From Promethearchaeia archaeon (GTDB lineage Archaea > Asgardarchaeota > Lokiarchaeia > Sigyniarchaeales > SOKP01), in NCBI GenBank assembly GCA_029856145.1, contig JAHQWK010000004.1, positions 128,001 through 192,000 on the forward strand: 64,000 nucleotides of DNA. Reading direction: 5' to 3'. A program made the translations under genes and the position numbers. A model generated the notes under the pieces. That model saw only the letters and a program-made list of their open reading frames with translations. It was not told the DNA's origin and did no database searches. Below are positions 59,211 through 64,000 of the stretch, in pieces. Positions within the stretch are counted from its first letter, which is position 1. Every line of letters begins with the position of its first letter.

Positions 59211-60764
59211 TTATTGTCCCTTTATATCATCATCTATATTCTTTATAATTGGTAGTGAAAAATGGAATATACTTCCTTTATTTTTACCTTTTGATTCAAC
59301 CCATATCTTCCCTCCATGTAAATCTATAATCTCTTTTGAGAAATATAGCCCTAATCCAATCCCATCAGAAATTATGTCCCAACCTTTTCCATATCTCTCA
59401 ATCTTTCCAAACGGTCTAAATAATTGTTCTATTTCTTTTTTCTGTAAACCTATTCCATTATCTTTAATAGAGATTATTATAGATTTTTTATTGATTCGAG
59501 ATTGAATAGTAATATTACCTTCTTTAGGTGTAAATTTAATTGCATTCTGTAAGAGATTTATAAATACGCTATAAATTTTATTTTTATCAAAATCTATAAA
59601 TAGTTTATCATGAATATCTATAATTAATGTGTGTTTTCTTAATTTAATCAATCCCTCCATCTCTGCTATACTCTCTTTAATTAAATCATGTAGATTTTCC
59701 CGATTTAAATTTAATTCTATTAACTGCCTATCTAACATTATACATTCTATGAAATGATCTATAAGTAATTTCAGCTTATCTGCTCCTTTATCGATCTTCT
59801 TCAAAGATGATATTGTATCATTATCTAGATTTTTCCTAGTCTCTGTTAGTAAAAATTTAGAAAATCCCTTAATAGATATGAGAGGTGTTTTGAACTCATG
59901 TGAAAACCTTGTTAATAAATTTGATTTCATTTCTTCCATCTCTTTTCTTTCAGTAATATCTTGCACCCATAATCTTAGAGTCGCCAAAGATCCATCATCT
60001 TGATAATGAGGTAAGATTTTTCCTGATAACCAAATAATTCTCCCTTCTTTGTTAATTATTTTAAACTCTATATTTCTTTCATCAAATAATTTTTTAATAT
60101 TATGAATATCTTCTGGATATACCGCTTTATAAAAAACTCCTTCATTTTTTAGTTCTTCTTGGGTATAACCAATAATCTCTAACAATCTAGGATTAATATA
60201 AATAACTCCTCCTTTTGTAGAATCAATCTCCAATAACCCCATTGAAGATGTTTCGATTAAATTCCGATATTTTTTTTCCGATTCTTTTAATTTTTGCTCG
60301 GCTTTCTTATGTTCGGTAATGTCTCTTAAGAATCCTTTATATCCGATTTTTTCTCCCTTAATATTGTATCTTAAATAATCAGAGGAATCAACAAATAATT
60401 TTTTCCCATTCTTTGTGATAATTTCATATTCACCTGAATTAAATCCTTTTCCTGCTTTATATAGGTTGTTAAACCCACTTAATACTTTCTTTCTAGTTTC
60501 TTCATCGTATAATTGACTATATTTCATATTCATTAAGTCTTCATTTGTATAACCAGTACACTCTCGTATTACGTTATTGCAATAAGTAAAATTACCTTTA
60601 AGATCAAGTTCAAAATAACCATCCTTAAGAATTTCTATTATATTCTTATATTTTTCTTCTAATTTTTTAATGGATTCTTCTAATTCTTTTATTTGTATAA
60701 GTAAATAATTGCTATCCCTTTCATATTCGTTCTTATTTTTTTCTAAATCTTGTTTAAAATGAAT
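59211..60764 (-). CDS. PAS-PAS histidine kinase, probable ATT start at 60764
   Basis: SHEFKTPL, NAIKFT, DNGIG, GIGLGL; the first PAS extends upstream of ATG 60533 in an open frame of 77 codons. Confidence 0.9.
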   Translation of the reverse strand: MHFKQDLEKNKNEYERDSNYLLIQIKELEESIKKLEEKYKNIIEILKDGYFELDLKGNFTYCNNVIRECTGYTNEDLMNMKYSQLYDEETRKKVLSGFNNLYKAGKGFNSGEYEIITKNGKKLFVDSSDYLRYNIKGEKIGYKGFLRDITEHKKAEQKLKESEKKYRNLIETSSMGLLEIDSTKGGVIYINPRLLEIIGYTQEELKNEGVFYKAVYPEDIHNIKKLFDERNIEFKIINKEGRIIWLSGKILPHYQDDGSLATLRLWVQDITERKEMEEMKSNLLTRFSHEFKTPLISIKGFSKFLLTETRKNLDNDTISSLKKIDKGADKLKLLIDHFIECIMLDRQLIELNLNRENLHDLIKESIAEMEGLIKLRKHTLIIDIHDKLFIDFDKNKIYSVFINLLQNAIKFTPKEGNITIQSRINKKSIIISIKDNGIGLQKKEIEQLFRPFGKIERYGKGWDIISDGIGLGLYFSKEIIDLHGGKIWVESKGKNKGSIFHFSLPIIKNIDDDIKGQ

Positions 60765-61573
60765 TTTTTTTTACCTCTTTAGATTCTAATTAAATAGGAT
60801 TCATATGAATTTTTATAAAGAATCCAATTCATAACTAATATATTTAGATTTCCATGTTTTGAAAATCCAAGATTTTTCTCAGTGAAATTTAAGTAAGGAA
60901 CTTGTAAAACAATTAAAACCATTTTTAATTATTAGAGTAATCATTTATCCTGCCTAACTCTATTTTTTTACTGCTTCAGCTAATTGTTATAAGCTACCCT
61001 ATTTTGAGAACTTTTATTGTAATATCAAAACTTTGAGATAAATACGTTACCAGTTTCACTTATAAATATTTCCATTAAAGAGTAAAACAATGAGTAGAAG
61101 CTTTCTTTTCAACAAATTCAAATTATGGATAGTATAAAAAACCACGATTTTTTAATTTTGCTTGTCATTGACAAAAAAGTCAATCGAGGAAAAAGATATT
61201 ATAATTTAAAGACTAGTAAATCTATAACTCATTTATCCAGGGGTAAAATCTTATTAAAGATTTTTATAAATAGAAGGGATAATTCAGAAAATATATAACT
61301 ATACCATTTAGTAAATAATCGTTTCACCTTTGAAGACTGCTTCTCCTTTAAACTCTTGGCTTCTATTTTATTTTTATGATTCCGCTTATTTATTTTCATA
61401 TTACTGTCTTTCTGTTAATCTATTGATCTTTAAAGGCGTTAAGGAATACAAAATCCTTTTAAAAGTTCTTCTATAATACTAATTTTTGCCTATTGCTTGT
61501 AGAAAGCTCAATTAAAGGATTAGACTTAGAAATAATTCTGATTTTTTATAGATTTACTGTGAGTATTTACAGA

Positions 61574-63121
61574 TTATGTATAAATATGTGAAAAAGTATC
61601 TACTGTTTTTAAAACATCTGTAGCTAAATAATTCTGCTTAAACACCGAAGCAAAAAAAGCGCGATCTTCAGGGTTGAAGTAATTATAACCAAATTTTTTC
61701 CATTCAATACTAGAATGTAAGGGAGCAAAAAGAGTTATTTGATCTTTCACCAGATTCATTAATAATAAATTTCTTTCTTGTTTGGTTTTATTTGTCAACG
61801 TAGTTAATAAGATATCCTCATTAAAAGTGTCCCAAGTATCTTTAAATTGTAAACAAAACCTTTTAATGTCGATTTTATTTTCAACAATTAACCTTGCTAA
61901 AGCCATTATAGATGTCTCATAAGTACTCATCTTATTTTGATGAAATTGAGGGTTTGAAATAATTATGCTTGGTACAGACTTTGCTTCTTTTTGATTTTGA
62001 GACACATTATACTCTGGTAAAATTCTTAACTGGTTTAATCCAAGTATATTTCTAACATCTGCAATTTTTCCCCCTGTATCAAAGAACTGCTTATTAATAA
62101 TATATACCATTAATTTTTGAGCATGAACATCACCAAAATATGGGTAATCTGAAGCATAGAGGAGATATTCAGACCAATCTCGATTATCTACACTCTTTTT
62201 GTTATTAGATTGAAACCATTTGCGAAAACTTTCAAAAAAATTCCCAGCACCCGCACCATGCAACATTGAAAGATCTCCATATGTGTTTGGCTGGACAATA
62301 GTATTGTATACTTCGTAATCATCAATGTTTCCTTGAGCAAAATGGGCAATTATCACTTTAAAATGAGGTAATAAATCAGGATATTTAGATTGAATTACAT
62401 TTCTTGCAGATCTAATTAATTTTCCAATTTCTAAAATCGAACCCCGACCTCTTGTATCAAAAATAACTGGTAAGGAATAGCTAGCAGCTTCAATAAGAAC
62501 ATTTATTACCTTTTCAGAAGTCATTTTGTCAATATATCCCTCTGACCTAGGATGCAATTTTAAACCTCGAAGTCCTAGTGTCTCTCTTATATATTTCACT
62601 TCATTTACAGCTTTTTGTCCTTCCATTGGATCACAGCGACCATAACCAATTAATTTCATAGAAAATGGAAATCTAGTTGTAAAACGTGAAACATTTATGT
62701 TACTTGCTCTATACAATGCTTCTGGCATTTTCGCCCTAAAAATGTCTTGAAAGGGGAAACACACCCCCATATCTATGAAAGAATAAAATTTGGATTTCTC
62801 TTTTAAATCGGAAAATCTTTTTCCTAACTTTTCAAGCTCACTATAGAGCCTGATTGTAAAAGGAAAGGGTGTAAAAGACCACGAAATTTTTGTAAATTTT
62901 CCATCCATCGTAGTTGTAAAAGACTGTTCTCCAGTCTTTTCCCAATCACTTTTTATTCTACCTTGTACATTACCCCAAAAATCGAACGTCCCAACTCCTG
63001 GAGCTAAAGGGTTCATCATCGTTGCCCCATCTACATCTTGACCAAGATGAGAATGAGCATCAATTACAAGTAAATGTTCTACTCTTTTTTTTCCATCTTG
63101 TTCTATAGTACATGTTAACAT
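61574..63121 (-). CDS. Amidohydrolase_2-family protein
   Basis: DAHSH, GLKLHP, IIAHF, ASDYPY. Confidence 0.85.
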   Translation of the reverse strand: MLTCTIEQDGKKRVEHLLVIDAHSHLGQDVDGATMMNPLAPGVGTFDFWGNVQGRIKSDWEKTGEQSFTTTMDGKFTKISWSFTPFPFTIRLYSELEKLGKRFSDLKEKSKFYSFIDMGVCFPFQDIFRAKMPEALYRASNINVSRFTTRFPFSMKLIGYGRCDPMEGQKAVNEVKYIRETLGLRGLKLHPRSEGYIDKMTSEKVINVLIEAASYSLPVIFDTRGRGSILEIGKLIRSARNVIQSKYPDLLPHFKVIIAHFAQGNIDDYEVYNTIVQPNTYGDLSMLHGAGAGNFFESFRKWFQSNNKKSVDNRDWSEYLLYASDYPYFGDVHAQKLMVYIINKQFFDTGGKIADVRNILGLNQLRILPEYNVSQNQKEAKSVPSIIISNPQFHQNKMSTYETSIMALARLIVENKIDIKRFCLQFKDTWDTFNEDILLTTLTNKTKQERNLLLMNLVKDQITLFAPLHSSIEWKKFGYNYFNPEDRAFFASVFKQNYLATDVLKTVDTFSHIYT

Positions 63122-63152
63122 TAATTTATCCTCCAGTTTTTAATAATGGTAA

Positions 63153-64000
63153 CTAATCCCTCATTTCTTTTGGAAGGGTTAAAACACCTGTAAGTGGATT
63201 ATTTAAAGGATCCTGGCAATATTGAATTGTAAAATATATCAAATCATATAAGATGCTTGGATCCTCTCCGTTTTTTAATTTGTAATCATAAAGTGAAAGC
63301 TGATATTCTGCCTCTGTTATTGGCGGTTCGGCATAGCTTACACTTCCAAATACGGACTGGAGCACTGGTTTTAAAAAGGGACTGTAGAGAAATCCTAACT
63401 CTTTCAATTCATCTTTTAAGTAGAAAAACATTCTCTGAACTGCTTGCATCATATAACGTATCGGTTGATCTTTTGGTCCTAAATATTGCACTGCAAATTC
63501 TGGATCATATTGAGCAAGCTTCTCGTGACTAATATTAGGAGCAGGCCTAAATAAAGAAATCAACCCCCTCTCAATTGCTCCTTGACGATTTATTGCAATT
63601 GTTTCACTACCCGCATCAGGCACCCAAACTCCTTTTTCTAGCAATTTTCTTGCTTTATAGCACATAGCTTGAATCAGCATTCCGACTCCGATACGGCGAC
63701 AAATAGAAATCTGCGCATCACTAATTCTAACTTCGATTGTCCCCCAATCCGTTAGTGGGAACACATCTTGAAATCTTCCGTCTTCTAAACTTGCTTTCTG
63801 GACAGTTTGAAGAAAGAAATTAACAGAATTCTCACTAAGATCAGTTAAATAGGGAATATAATATTTTGGGTCATTCCCACTTAACATGGTAGTGTTATAT
63901 TTTAAACGCAAAGATCTAGTGCAGTTTGGTGCAGTAATTCTTCTATTAATAATTTTTACCACATCAGTCGGTTTATTATTCAAAATCGGAGAATTACATG
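63153..64000 (-). CDS. GCS2/glutamate-cysteine ligase-like carboxylate-amine ligase, truncated by the window edge
   Basis: 'DVFPLTDWGTIEVRISDAQ' resembles the GCS2 TiEvRv.D motif. Confidence 0.65.
   Translation of the reverse strand, partial: CNSPILNNKPTDVVKIINRRITAPNCTRSLRLKYNTTMLSGNDPKYYIPYLTDLSENSVNFFLQTVQKASLEDGRFQDVFPLTDWGTIEVRISDAQISICRRIGVGMLIQAMCYKARKLLEKGVWVPDAGSETIAINRQGAIERGLISLFRPAPNISHEKLAQYDPEFAVQYLGPKDQPIRYMMQAVQRMFFYLKDELKELGFLYSPFLKPVLQSVFGSVSYAEPPITEAEYQLSLYDYKLKNGEDPSILYDLIYFTIQYCQDPLNNPLTGVLTLPKEMRD

Noticed and set aside
1-64000. Selenoprotein UGA read-through or SECIS elements
   Set aside because: I saw no in-frame TGA at a catalytic Cys position; the hairpins lack SECIS features

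Overview
AT-rich archaeal DNA, most likely an Asgard archaeon (Lokiarchaeia/Promethearchaeota). This assignment is inferred from Rag-like and Arf-like small GTPases, roadblock and longin/uDENN-like domains, GAGGT/GGTGA ribosome-binding sites and TATA-type promoters. I saw no rRNA, tRNA, CRISPR array or transposase. Two regions stand out. (1) 11.9-27.6 kb holds two paralogous regulators with tandem winged-helix domains plus TPRs. Each is divergent from an unannotated micro-ORF of 25 or 27 aa, and the two peptides are homologous. Each peptide gene is followed by micro zinc-finger genes and a shared GC hairpin. An 18-bp palindrome (GAACTTCA-NN-TGAAGTTC) lies exactly 11 nt upstream of a CTATAWAT TATA box at four promoters in the window. 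An MFS exporter and two orphan oligopeptide-binding proteins lie next to these loci. This is a candidate RRNPP/Rgg-SHP-like peptide-signalling regulon in an archaeon. (2) 43-60.8 kb is a signalling island in which five small GTPases and longin/roadblock proteins are interleaved with GAF/PAS histidine kinases and receivers. It includes hybrids (longin plus His-less DHp, RHH-DHp-REC, Arf plus polyproline plus WH2-like), several gene relics and a probable ATT start codon. All domain calls are from motif recognition by eye; no database searches were run.
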